Positions 1 through 8,236 are shown, numbered from the stretch's first letter. The stretch is DNA of 24,207 bases from Gemmatimonadota bacterium (GCA_039589315.1 JBDHHQ010000064.1:1-24207), one strand, 5' to 3'. Made by a program: numbers and translations. The notes: generated from the sequence alone by a model not told the origin.

Positions 1-319
1 CCACGACTACGATTGGGGCTGTGACACCAGCAGCCCGCCCCTGGTCCTGGCGGTTGCCGACGACGGGACCGACACGGAGGGAGCCGGCTGAGCCGGTCCT
101 GACCGCTCTCCGTTGTGAAGGTGTCCCTCCGAGGGGACAGCCTGGCCCAGTCGCCTCTCGCTCGCCCTACCCGTCAAGATCTTTCCGTCCAACGCGTTAC
201 ACCTATGGACACGCTCAGGCACGGGCGTTGCCTGACGTCTGAACCGCTGGCGAGAGCGTGCCGGCTACGGAGCCGGAGCGTGGGGACCAGCCGGGTGGTC
301 CAATGGACGGGGAGGGAAG

Positions 320-841
320 ATGAACATCCGGATCGGCTGGAGCGTGGTGGCCGCGTCGCTCGCCCTCGCGGGTGGAGCGACGCAGGCCCCCGGACAGGAG
401 AGCGAAGGCGGGTACACCGGCCCAAAGCAGGTCATCTCGACGAACCCCTTCGGCATGGTGTTCGAGTGGTTCAACCTGGAGTACGAACGGCGGCTGAGCG
501 ACACGTTCTCCTTCGGGTTCGCCGGCTCGTACGTGCCGCTGGACTCGGGGGACGACCACTACATCAGCGGGAATGCGCTGGCCCGCTACTATCCACAGGG
601 GAGAGCCCTGTCCGGCTTCTACTTCGGCGGACGTACGGGCATCTATGACGTCAACGACGGCGGTGGGACCGAGGTCTTCTTCGGCGCCGGCTTCGAGATC
701 GGCTACACGTGGCTGCTGGGCCCGAATCGGAACTTCCAGCTCAGCCTCGGCGCCGGGGCCAGCCGGCTCTTCGGGGGCACGCTCGACGACTCGGCGGCCA
801 TCCCGACTGTTCGGCTGCTGAACGTGGGGTTGGCGTTCTGA
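320..841 (+). CDS. Secreted outer-membrane beta-barrel-like protein (DUF3575-like)
   Basis: 173 aa. GGGAGGG SD upstream of ATG, N-terminal signal-like segment, alternating aromatic/Gly beta-strand pattern (ISTNPFG, NLEYER, ARYYP, GFEIGYTW) and C-terminal Phe (VGLAF). Confidence 0.7.
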   Translation: MNIRIGWSVVAASLALAGGATQAPGQESEGGYTGPKQVISTNPFGMVFEWFNLEYERRLSDTFSFGFAGSYVPLDSGDDHYISGNALARYYPQGRALSGFYFGGRTGIYDVNDGGGTEVFFGAGFEIGYTWLLGPNRNFQLSLGAGASRLFGGTLDDSAAIPTVRLLNVGLAF

Positions 842-871
842 AGTTGATCGAGGCGCCGCACGGGTGTCTCG

Positions 872-1807
872 CTAGACCGAATGCAGGCGTTCCCGGAGCG
901 CCCTGAGATGGCCGCCGCGCCGCTCGGGGCGTGTTCCTGTCGCGCCGCCCTCGTCGAGGACCGGCACGTCAACCGCGCCGAATCGGTGTTTGAAGAGAGC
1001 GACGCCGGGTTGACCCTCGCTGATACCCAGGTTGACTGCCGCCACGCCGTCCCGGGCCGCTCGGCTCAGCAGCTCCTTCACTGCCAGGTACATGGCGCTG
1101 ATCGCTCGTCCGTCTGCCGACTGGGCCGCGAGCCAGGCGACTCGGTGCGACCCACGGTCGAGCGCCAGGACGGAGGCCACCACGTTCCCGGCGAGCTCGA
1201 CCTGGTGAAGCCGCCCCAGGCCCCGCGCGCAGACCTCGCGGATCAGCATCTCGGGGTAGCGGTACCAGTGGCCTCGAGACGATCCGGCGTACAGGGCGAG
1301 GAACGCCTCGGGATCGCTGGTTACCGAGGGGGTGGCACCGGCCAGTGCTGCCAGGCGCAGCGCTCGCCGGCCCTTGGACCGCAGCCGAGCCTCCACGCTC
1401 GTGCCTCGGGACAGGAGCACCACGCCGGTCCAGCCGCCCACGACGCCGCCGTGGTGATGCGTCGTGGTGCCCTTCGCCCCGGGAAGTGGCACGGACCGGC
1501 AGTGGATCCGCTCGACGCCGGCACGCCGCCGCGCGAGCTCCAAGACGGCCTTGACCTCGGCCTTGTGGAGCCGGCGGGTCGCGTGCACCCCTCCGTAGCT
1601 CAGAGGGAGGGACTCGGCCCGGCCGTCCTTCGCCAAGAGCGCCACGGCCGCGAGTGTGCCGTCGCCCAACGCGAAGCCGCAGCTCACGTCGGTATACTGG
1701 GGGAAGCAGGCGATCCACGCCTCTCGGTACTGGGGCAGGTCGAATGGACCGCCGCTCCGCTCCAGGAGCTGCAACGCCCTCTCGTCGTCCACCAACCGGA
1801 GGCTCAC
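872..1807 (-). CDS. FemAB-like / Acetyltransf_6 GNAT-fold acyl- or aminoacyl-transferase
   Basis: GTG at 1807 overlaps the methyltransferase TGA (GTGA); 311 aa. Motifs SLPLSYGG, RSKGRRALR, VNLGIS and GVALFKHRFGA are typical of FemAB-related GNATs. Confidence 0.7.
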   Translation of the reverse strand: MSLRLVDDERALQLLERSGGPFDLPQYREAWIACFPQYTDVSCGFALGDGTLAAVALLAKDGRAESLPLSYGGVHATRRLHKAEVKAVLELARRRAGVERIHCRSVPLPGAKGTTTHHHGGVVGGWTGVVLLSRGTSVEARLRSKGRRALRLAALAGATPSVTSDPEAFLALYAGSSRGHWYRYPEMLIREVCARGLGRLHQVELAGNVVASVLALDRGSHRVAWLAAQSADGRAISAMYLAVKELLSRAARDGVAAVNLGISEGQPGVALFKHRFGAVDVPVLDEGGATGTRPERRGGHLRALRERLHSV

Positions 1808-2694
1808 GACGGGCCCCTGTGGCAGAGATAGTACAGCCACCAGTGCTCGCTCAGGTCCGCCTCGAGCCGCGCCGTGCACTCCCGCCCATCCGGAGTGAAG
1901 ACGCGCACCTGGTGGAATCCCGCATCCCGAAGCTGCCTGACCTGCTCGGCGGGTCGCACGTAGTACTTGCGGATCTGGATTCGCTCGTCCGGCGCGTCGT
2001 AGAAGCCCGGGGAGAACTCGTACCGGGGGCGCTCCTCGGAGATCAACCGATACGGCACCCTCGCCAGGCTCGCCGGAGCCCCGTTCAAGCGCCGCCAACG
2101 CACCGCGCCCGCGACGGCACGCCGCAGGAGCCGGGCACTTCGCCGGACACGAGCCCCGGACCGCAGGCCGACCGTCATGGCTTCAGCGGCGGCCCGAGTC
2201 ACGGAGCTCCGGCGCCGGGCGAAATCGAGGTTGTGGGAAGAGAAGACGAAGGCCCCTCCCGGCCGGCTGAGTCGAGCCATTTCGGCAAGGCATGCCAAGC
2301 GGTCCGCATGGTCCCCGACGAGGTCGATGCCGTTGAAGCTGAAGAGCACGACGTCGAAGGAGGCGGTCTCCAGCTCCGGCAGCCGACGCGCGTCGCCTTC
2401 GGCAAACCGGCAGTCCCGGTGGAAGCGATCATCGAATCGCGCCGCTGCCGCGTCCACCATGGGTCGAGACACGTCCACGCCCAGGTAGCTGGCCACCAGG
2501 GGAGCGAAGTGGAGCGTCGTGCGTCCCGCACCCACGCCCATGTCCAACATCCGACCGCCCTGCAGGGAGGGTCGGAGGACGTCCAGGATCCGCCGTTCCG
2601 GCTCCAGCAGCCAATCCAGCGCTGTGTACTCGCCCACGACGTCGGACCGCTCGAAGTAGGCCTCTGTCGTCTCGGGCGTCGCCGGGATCCTCAC
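1804..2694 (-). CDS. Class I SAM-dependent methyltransferase
   Basis: GTG at 2694 overlaps the ABC transporter TGA (GTGA); 296 aa. Motif I MLDMGVGAGRTT, then YLGVDVS, EGDARRL, FDVVLFSFNGID and RPGG. Confidence 0.85.
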   Translation of the reverse strand: MRIPATPETTEAYFERSDVVGEYTALDWLLEPERRILDVLRPSLQGGRMLDMGVGAGRTTLHFAPLVASYLGVDVSRPMVDAAAARFDDRFHRDCRFAEGDARRLPELETASFDVVLFSFNGIDLVGDHADRLACLAEMARLSRPGGAFVFSSHNLDFARRRSSVTRAAAEAMTVGLRSGARVRRSARLLRRAVAGAVRWRRLNGAPASLARVPYRLISEERPRYEFSPGFYDAPDERIQIRKYYVRPAEQVRQLRDAGFHQVRVFTPDGRECTARLEADLSEHWWLYYLCHRGPS

Positions 2695-4550
2695 CGAACG
2701 CCGCCGCCTCCCGCGGAGCCGCTCGCCAGGCCGGCTGGCCAGTAGGCGGCGGCCTGAGCCTCGAACAGGTGGGCGTACGTGCCGCCCAGGCCCATGAGGT
2801 GCTCGTGCGTGCCCACTTCGATGATGCGGCCCCGGTCCATGACGTAGATGCGGTCGGCCATGCGCACCGTGGAGAAGCGATGGCTGATGACCAGGACCGC
2901 CCGGTCCCGTGCGATTCTTCGCAGCTCCTCGAACACCTGGGCCTCGGCGGCGGCATCCAGCGCGCTGGTCGGCTCGTCGAGGACGAGCAGGTCCGACTCC
3001 GAATAGAACGCCCGAGCCAGCGCGATCTTCTGCCACTCCCCGAGCGACAGCTCCTCCCCCTTCTCGATCCACGTCCCGAGCATGGTGTCGTAGCCACGGG
3101 GCAGGCTGCCGATAACCCCATCCGCCCCAGCCCTCCGCGCCGCCGACTCCACGTCCCCCGGGACGGGATCCCTCGCGACAGCGCCGAGCCGGATGTTCTG
3201 TCTCGCCGACATCTGGTACCGGGAGAAGTCCTGGAAGACGACCGCGATGCGCCGGCGGTACTCCCGGGGGTCCATGTCCCGCAGGTCCACGCGGTCGACG
3301 GTCACCACGCCGTCATCGGGATCGTAGAAGCGGCAAAGCAGCTTGACGAGCGTCGTCTTTCCCGAGCCGTTCGCACCGATCAGAGCCACCATCTCGCCTG
3401 GTGCGACGTCGAGGGTGACGTCGTGGATCAGGTCACGGTCGCTCGTCGGGTACCGGAAGCTCACGCCTTCGACGGCGAAGCCGACACTGATCGGGGCAGG
3501 GACCGGCTGCGGTCGCTCCGGAGCGCTCACGGACGGCTCCAACGAGAAGAACTCGTCCAGCATCCCGATGAACAGGTTGTCCTCGTAGAGGCCGGCCGCC
3601 GCGGAGAAGGCCGACTGGAGCAAGGACTGTCCTCGCTGGACGGCGCCGAAGTACATGACCAGGTCACCGATGGTCAGTCGCCCCTGGACCGTCTGATAGG
3701 CGATGAAGGCATACGATCCGAAGACCACGGCCGAAACGACGACGTGCGTGAGGACTTCGGCCTGGCTGCGGCGCCTGGACAACGCGATCCGCTCGCCGCG
3801 GAGCTGAGCTCGCAGCCGTCGGAACCAGTCGTCCAGGAAGGGGCCGAGATCGTAGAGGCGCACCTCCTTCGCGTGCTGCTGCCCTGTCAGCAGCCACTGA
3901 ACGTAGTTCGCCTTGCGCTGGATCCCGGCCCGGTCGACCTGCCACTGGTAGGTCTCGTTGGCGAACCTGATGCGAACGATCAGAGCAGGAATCACCGCCA
4001 CGAACAGCAGGGCGGACAGGAGCCAGTGGACCGCCGCCAGCAGCACGATGATCCCCACGATCGTCGCGCTACTTTGACCCAGCGTCAGGAGGTTGCCCAG
4101 GATCCGCTGCGGCCGGAAAGGCCCCTCCAGCTGCGCGCGGTGGAGCGTGTCGAAGTACTTGGGGTCTTCGTAGTACGAGAGGTCCACCTCCAGGGACTTG
4201 CGGTGCAGCTCCTCGAGCACGTGGTCCGTCACCAGGTGGCCCTGCGCCTCCGAGGCCAGGCCTCCTAACGTGCGCGTCACCGCGGTGACCAGCGCGATGC
4301 CTCCGGCGATCGCGATGAGAACCAGCACCCCTCCGAAGCCCTCTTCGCCCTCGCCGGCCACACTCAGAGTGACGGCGTCGACGACGAGCTTCATCAGATA
4401 GAGGGCGATGAGCGGAAGGGCGGCCTGCACCAGAACGAGGCCCGTGCTCACGGCGGTCCATCCGGGGGCTGCCGTCGTGACGAGCTTGAGGGCCCGGCCG
4501 AGGCGGACATGGCGCCGTACCCACCGCGAGAGAGCTCCGGGCACATTCAT
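2691..4550 (-). CDS. ABC exporter, fused permease plus ATPase (lasso peptide D-protein-like)
   Basis: ATG at 4550 overlaps the B2 TGA (ATGA); 619 aa. N-terminal TM helices, Walker A GANGSGKTT, Q-loop VFQDF, signature LSLGEWQ, Walker B LLVLDEPT, H-loop ISHR. Confidence 0.92.
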   Translation of the reverse strand: MNVPGALSRWVRRHVRLGRALKLVTTAAPGWTAVSTGLVLVQAALPLIALYLMKLVVDAVTLSVAGEGEEGFGGVLVLIAIAGGIALVTAVTRTLGGLASEAQGHLVTDHVLEELHRKSLEVDLSYYEDPKYFDTLHRAQLEGPFRPQRILGNLLTLGQSSATIVGIIVLLAAVHWLLSALLFVAVIPALIVRIRFANETYQWQVDRAGIQRKANYVQWLLTGQQHAKEVRLYDLGPFLDDWFRRLRAQLRGERIALSRRRSQAEVLTHVVVSAVVFGSYAFIAYQTVQGRLTIGDLVMYFGAVQRGQSLLQSAFSAAAGLYEDNLFIGMLDEFFSLEPSVSAPERPQPVPAPISVGFAVEGVSFRYPTSDRDLIHDVTLDVAPGEMVALIGANGSGKTTLVKLLCRFYDPDDGVVTVDRVDLRDMDPREYRRRIAVVFQDFSRYQMSARQNIRLGAVARDPVPGDVESAARRAGADGVIGSLPRGYDTMLGTWIEKGEELSLGEWQKIALARAFYSESDLLVLDEPTSALDAAAEAQVFEELRRIARDRAVLVISHRFSTVRMADRIYVMDRGRIIEVGTHEHLMGLGGTYAHLFEAQAAAYWPAGLASGSAGGGGVR

Positions 4551-5011
4551 GACGTCGGCCGATCCGATCGGGCCGGCCCCTGTGGCTCGGAAGCTCCGGT
4601 CAAGGTCGGAAACACGGCGTAGCTCGAGGGAGAGTGCTCTCCGCCGATGAGGATCCGTCCCTCGCTTTCCACCCATGCGTGGGCCTCGAAGCGTCCGTCC
4701 AGGCGCGTCGCGCCGAGGCGTATCGTGGCCGGAGTCCCGACGCGCCGAAGAAGCAGGACGAGAGCGACTGCCTCCACAAGGCAACGATTCCGCCGGACGA
4801 GCCTCTTGCTCACGGCTCCGACCGCCCAGGACAGGCGCTCGGGATCGGGCCCGAGACGTTTGCGGGTGGAGATCCGGCCAGTGAGGTCGACCACGCGAGG
4901 GAACGGAATCACGAGTAGACACAGCCGGGTCAGAGGAACTGCCCAGAGGGCGGACCTCAGGGCTCTCCGTTCCCCCCGGCTCAGTTGCGTCAGCCTCCAG
5001 AGCGTCTTCAG
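4547..5011 (-). CDS. Lasso peptide leader peptidase B2 (transglutaminase-like Cys protease)
   Basis: Catalytic-type motifs RCLVEAVAL and FEAHAWVE. The frame is open upstream of the track start (4912) and reads LKTLWRLTQLSRGERRALRSALWAVPLTRLCLLVIPF, a typical B2 N-terminus. The start is uncertain: CTG at 5011, or a frameshift from ATG at 5019. Confidence 0.88.
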   Translation of the reverse strand: MKTLWRLTQLSRGERRALRSALWAVPLTRLCLLVIPFPRVVDLTGRISTRKRLGPDPERLSWAVGAVSKRLVRRNRCLVEAVALVLLLRRVGTPATIRLGATRLDGRFEAHAWVESEGRILIGGEHSPSSYAVFPTLTGASEPQGPARSDRPTS

Positions 5012-5115
5012 GTTCTCATCCCCGCGTTGAGCGACCTGGCTGTCCGGTCCGCTTCCTCGCTTCGGGACCGTGCGCCGCCTGCAGGGGCGGCGAGACCCCG
5101 CTCACCGAGCCGTCC

Positions 5116-6045
5116 ATGCAAGATTCGTACGCCCGGAGCGCCCAGGGAGCCTGCTACGGCTTCGAGATCCAATCCGCGCTGCCGTTCCGTTACCTTCGCA
5201 CCGGCGGTGGCGTCCCCCTCGCCGTCGAAGAGACCGAAGACGATCTGTCCCGCGGTCCCGGTGACCTTCTGCAGACCTGGAGCCCCGTTACCGGCCGACG
5301 TGCGCTGATCGAGGTCTACCGGCGCACGGACGGCCACACGGTGAGGATCGGCGAGGCGGCGCCCCACTGGTTTCGTCTGTCGACCGACGGCGAATCGATC
5401 CAGGTCTCGGCGACCCCCGACGTGCTGTATCGCGAGATGCTCCTGTGGACGACGCCGGTCACCGTGGCTGCCGTCCAGTCGGGAGCCCTGGCCCTTCACG
5501 CCGCTGCCGTGGACCTGGACGGAGGGGCCGTCCTGTTGGCCGCCCCCAGCGGGTCCGGCAAGACCACCACGGCGACGGCATTCCTGGATCGCGGTCTCCG
5601 GGTCCTCTCGGAAGACCTGACCTGCTGCCGGGTCGAGTCGGGGGTCCAGGTCCTGCCGGGACCGGGCCTCGTCAAGCTCCGCCACGACGTCAAAGCGCTG
5701 CTCTCTTCGGAGGCTCTCTCCCCGGTCCTCGAGACACCCGAGAAGGCACACTATGCCATCGCTCCGGAGCTCAGGGGAACGGGGGACCCCGTGCCGCTCC
5801 GTGCGATGGTCTTCCTGGCGGTTCACGACGGGGCCGTCGAGCTCCGGGACGTCTCGCCCGCTCAGGCCTTGAGGGATCTGTGGGCCATGAGCTTCTACCT
5901 GCCCGACGACGAGAGCCGAGGCAGGTGCTTCGAGGGACTCGGCCGTCTTGTCGCCGGCGTACCGACGTATCGACTCGCCAGGCGTCTGGACCCCGAGAGC
6001 CTCGCCGCAACCCTCGACACGCTGGTCGAGCGATTCGGTGGCTGA
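5116..6045 (+). CDS. HPr-kinase-like P-loop Ser kinase (lasso peptide kinase type)
   Basis: 309 aa. ALHAAAV, Walker A APSGSGKTT and LSED match the HPrK C-terminal fold. It sits inside the lasso cluster. Confidence 0.8.
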   Translation: MQDSYARSAQGACYGFEIQSALPFRYLRTGGGVPLAVEETEDDLSRGPGDLLQTWSPVTGRRALIEVYRRTDGHTVRIGEAAPHWFRLSTDGESIQVSATPDVLYREMLLWTTPVTVAAVQSGALALHAAAVDLDGGAVLLAAPSGSGKTTTATAFLDRGLRVLSEDLTCCRVESGVQVLPGPGLVKLRHDVKALLSSEALSPVLETPEKAHYAIAPELRGTGDPVPLRAMVFLAVHDGAVELRDVSPAQALRDLWAMSFYLPDDESRGRCFEGLGRLVAGVPTYRLARRLDPESLAATLDTLVERFGG

Positions 6046-6068
6046 GGCCGAGATCTGCGCTCGGAAGC

Positions 6069-7862
6069 TCAGCACGTCGAGAGAAACGCGTGGACGGCAG
6101 CCAGATCCTTGGCCCAGAAGAACTCCCAGAGATCGCACTCCTGCCTCCTGATGCGCTGGTCGAGCAGCGCGTAGTCCACGCCGGGCATCCGGAAGTCTCC
6201 GGGGTCGCTCAGCCACCGGCGGAGGGCGCCGTAGTCGATTCGGTCGAAGATGGCGTCGTTGAAGATGGTCTTGTCCTCGCGATCCAGGATCACGTCGGGG
6301 ACCCGGCCCCGTAGCAGATCCCGCACGAGAGGCTTGCTCCCCCGTCGAGGGAACTTCACGTCTGCGGGTAGCCCGAGGAAGAGCTCCCACAGGTCCAGGT
6401 CGGCCCAGGGGCGACGCACGCTGACCCCGGTGAGCGACTGAATGGCGTCGTCGGCCTCGAACGCCAGCGTCGGCCCGTCGAAAGGAGACAGTTGCTCGTC
6501 CCGCCACCCCGTCCAGCCGCTCACCGGCAGATCCGGGTTCATTCGGGTGGGGTCGAGCCAACGAGGGCGGCGGCTCTCCCGCCCGTTCGCCAGGTGGGCA
6601 CCGGCCCTCGTCCTGCGCCAGAGGAAGTAGGCCTTGGGCATGAACGAGTGGGCGACGGCGCGGGCCTGTCTCTTCAGAGGTTCCCCTTGTGCCCGGCGGC
6701 CGGAGAGCTCCCGGAGCGCGGGACCCAGCTTGCCCCTCGTGAGGAGGTGGCTCAGGAGGTGCCGCCTCATGTCGAAGACGAACTCGGCCATTTCGCCGGT
6801 GAGGGTGTTCCGGTACCCGAGCTGCCTAGCCAGCGTCAGGTGCTCCACCGTCTCCGCCAGGGAGATCACAGGAATGGGACTGTCCACCAGGCGTACCCAG
6901 TCGCGGATCCGGTCCGTTGGCCTCGCCGTCGACTCGTACGTGTGGAGCGGCATTCCCAGCTCCTCGGCGACGGCCCGGATGTAGTAGGACTCGTCCACCG
7001 CCGGTTGATCCGGATAGACGGTGGAGAGGGCCGGCAGCGGCCGGCCGAACCGCTCGGGGTAGAGCGGGGCTCCATACGCCGCGATCGCGGGTGAATCCAC
7101 CCCACCGCTCAGGGACACCACGTCGTCCCCAACCAGACAGCGATCCACGGCCTGGGTCCAGAGACCGTCGAAGCGTTCCTGGAGCTCTCCGGGCCCGATC
7201 CGGCTCCGCTCGAGGTTCTTGCCCGGTGCCCAGTACCGGAGACTGCGTTCCGATTCGCCGCGGGCCGTGAGGAGACGAGCGGGCAGGAGCCTCGCCACGC
7301 CGGCGAGGGCGCACCGGTCGGGGGTACCCCGGCGCCCGTAGAAGATGTCCTCGAGCATCTCCGGATCGGGGGAGTACGCGATCTGCGCGCCGGCCACCAC
7401 CTGCTTGGCCTCGGCGCCGACGTAAACGCCCCGGCGATCGGCACGGAAGAAGAGGGGGCGTGAGCCCAGCTGGTCGCGGAACGCCCAGAGGGTCCGCCCG
7501 TCGGTGACCACGACCTGATACGCACCCCGGAGCCTCTGGGGAGTGTCGGTTCCGAAGGCCTCCCAGCACGCCGCGATGGCCTGGGCAGGAGCGCGTCCGG
7601 GGGCGCCGTGTCCTTCCGCCCGCAGCGCGCTCCGCAGCTCGTCCAGGTTATCCAGGAATCCCGAGAACGCCACGACGACGTCACGACCCTCACAGAGGCC
7701 TGAAGCCCCGATGCCGTCGCCTTCGGAGACTCCCAGCACCGCCCGTTCGCGGACGGCCAGGCTGATCTCCCGGCCTCGGTGGGGGGACGCGGCCAGCATG
7801 GCCTTCACCCGGGCGGGCCTCAACTCGGAGTCCCTGAACAGTATACCGGCCACGCACCCCAT
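6069..7862 (-). CDS. Lasso cyclase / macrolactam synthetase (asparagine synthetase AsnB-like)
   Basis: ATG at 7862 (MGCVAGILF); 597 aa. HRG, RDQLGSRPLFF, PP-loop SLSGGVDS, DESYYI, RRPWADLDL and KPLVR...R.DK motifs. It lacks the Cys at position 2 of true AsnB and lies directly downstream of the precursor. Confidence 0.88.
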   Translation of the reverse strand: MGCVAGILFRDSELRPARVKAMLAASPHRGREISLAVRERAVLGVSEGDGIGASGLCEGRDVVVAFSGFLDNLDELRSALRAEGHGAPGRAPAQAIAACWEAFGTDTPQRLRGAYQVVVTDGRTLWAFRDQLGSRPLFFRADRRGVYVGAEAKQVVAGAQIAYSPDPEMLEDIFYGRRGTPDRCALAGVARLLPARLLTARGESERSLRYWAPGKNLERSRIGPGELQERFDGLWTQAVDRCLVGDDVVSLSGGVDSPAIAAYGAPLYPERFGRPLPALSTVYPDQPAVDESYYIRAVAEELGMPLHTYESTARPTDRIRDWVRLVDSPIPVISLAETVEHLTLARQLGYRNTLTGEMAEFVFDMRRHLLSHLLTRGKLGPALRELSGRRAQGEPLKRQARAVAHSFMPKAYFLWRRTRAGAHLANGRESRRPRWLDPTRMNPDLPVSGWTGWRDEQLSPFDGPTLAFEADDAIQSLTGVSVRRPWADLDLWELFLGLPADVKFPRRGSKPLVRDLLRGRVPDVILDREDKTIFNDAIFDRIDYGALRRWLSDPGDFRMPGVDYALLDQRIRRQECDLWEFFWAKDLAAVHAFLSTC

Positions 7863-7951
7863 TTGGCTCAGTCGAGCGACCGGGACCGCCCAACCGGTCC
7901 GGCCCACATCCCGCCGTGCCGATGGCGAGTCTGCTCTGGGGCACGTACGAA

Positions 7952-7985
7952 CGAGGGCCCTGGGACAGATGCCCCAGGACCCTCG
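7952..7985 (-). terminator. Strong stem-loop between precursor and cyclase (partial terminator or mRNA stabiliser)
   Basis: Minus-strand RNA CGAGGGUCCUGGG-N8-CCCAGGGCCCUCG forms a 13-bp stem. Its single non-Watson-Crick pair is a G-U wobble only on the minus strand. It is followed by a weak UUCGU tract. Confidence 0.65.
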
Positions 7986-8019
7986 AACCGCAGTGCGGAT
8001 GTTGCTTCGAACGATCGGG

Positions 8020-8187
8020 TTACTTCGACCCGCAGCCCGGCCAATCCGCGTCGCTTCCGCCTGACATTTCGCAGAACTTGTCGTAATGCCAGGTGGCTCC
8101 GCCGCCCTTCTCGTTCCCACCGGGAGTGGTCCACGTGTTGTCGGCGATGGAGCCCAACTCCCTGACGAACGGCTTCTCGTAGTCCAC
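8020..8187 (-). CDS. Lasso peptide precursor, 55 aa: MDYEKPFVRELGSIADNTW-TTPGGNEKGGGATWHYDKFCEMSGGSDADWPGCGSK
   Basis: GTG start 5 nt after AGAGGAGG. The leader matches YxxPx(L/V)xxxGxxxxxT. The core is Gly-rich with Glu at position 7. Flanked by the RRE and the cyclase. Confidence 0.9.
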   Translation of the reverse strand: MDYEKPFVRELGSIADNTWTTPGGNEKGGGATWHYDKFCEMSGGSDADWPGCGSK

Positions 8188-8236
8188 GAAAGCCTCCTCT
8201 CGAGGATGGTGACGCGTCACTGCCAAGAGAAGGAGT

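Noticed and set aside
320..841. Outer-membrane protein as part of the RiPP cluster
   Set aside because: Convergent orientation and a generic family; no supporting link, although it cannot be excluded.
5008..6561. 517-aa minus-strand ORF that would make the cluster co-directional
   Set aside because: Arg/Gly/Pro-rich with no motif. It overlaps the cyclase out of frame and the motif-bearing kinase on the other strand.
6069..7862. Reading the cyclase as a metabolic asparagine synthetase
   Set aside because: No N-terminal nucleophile Cys at position 2, and the precursor, RRE and B2 context indicates a RiPP cyclase.
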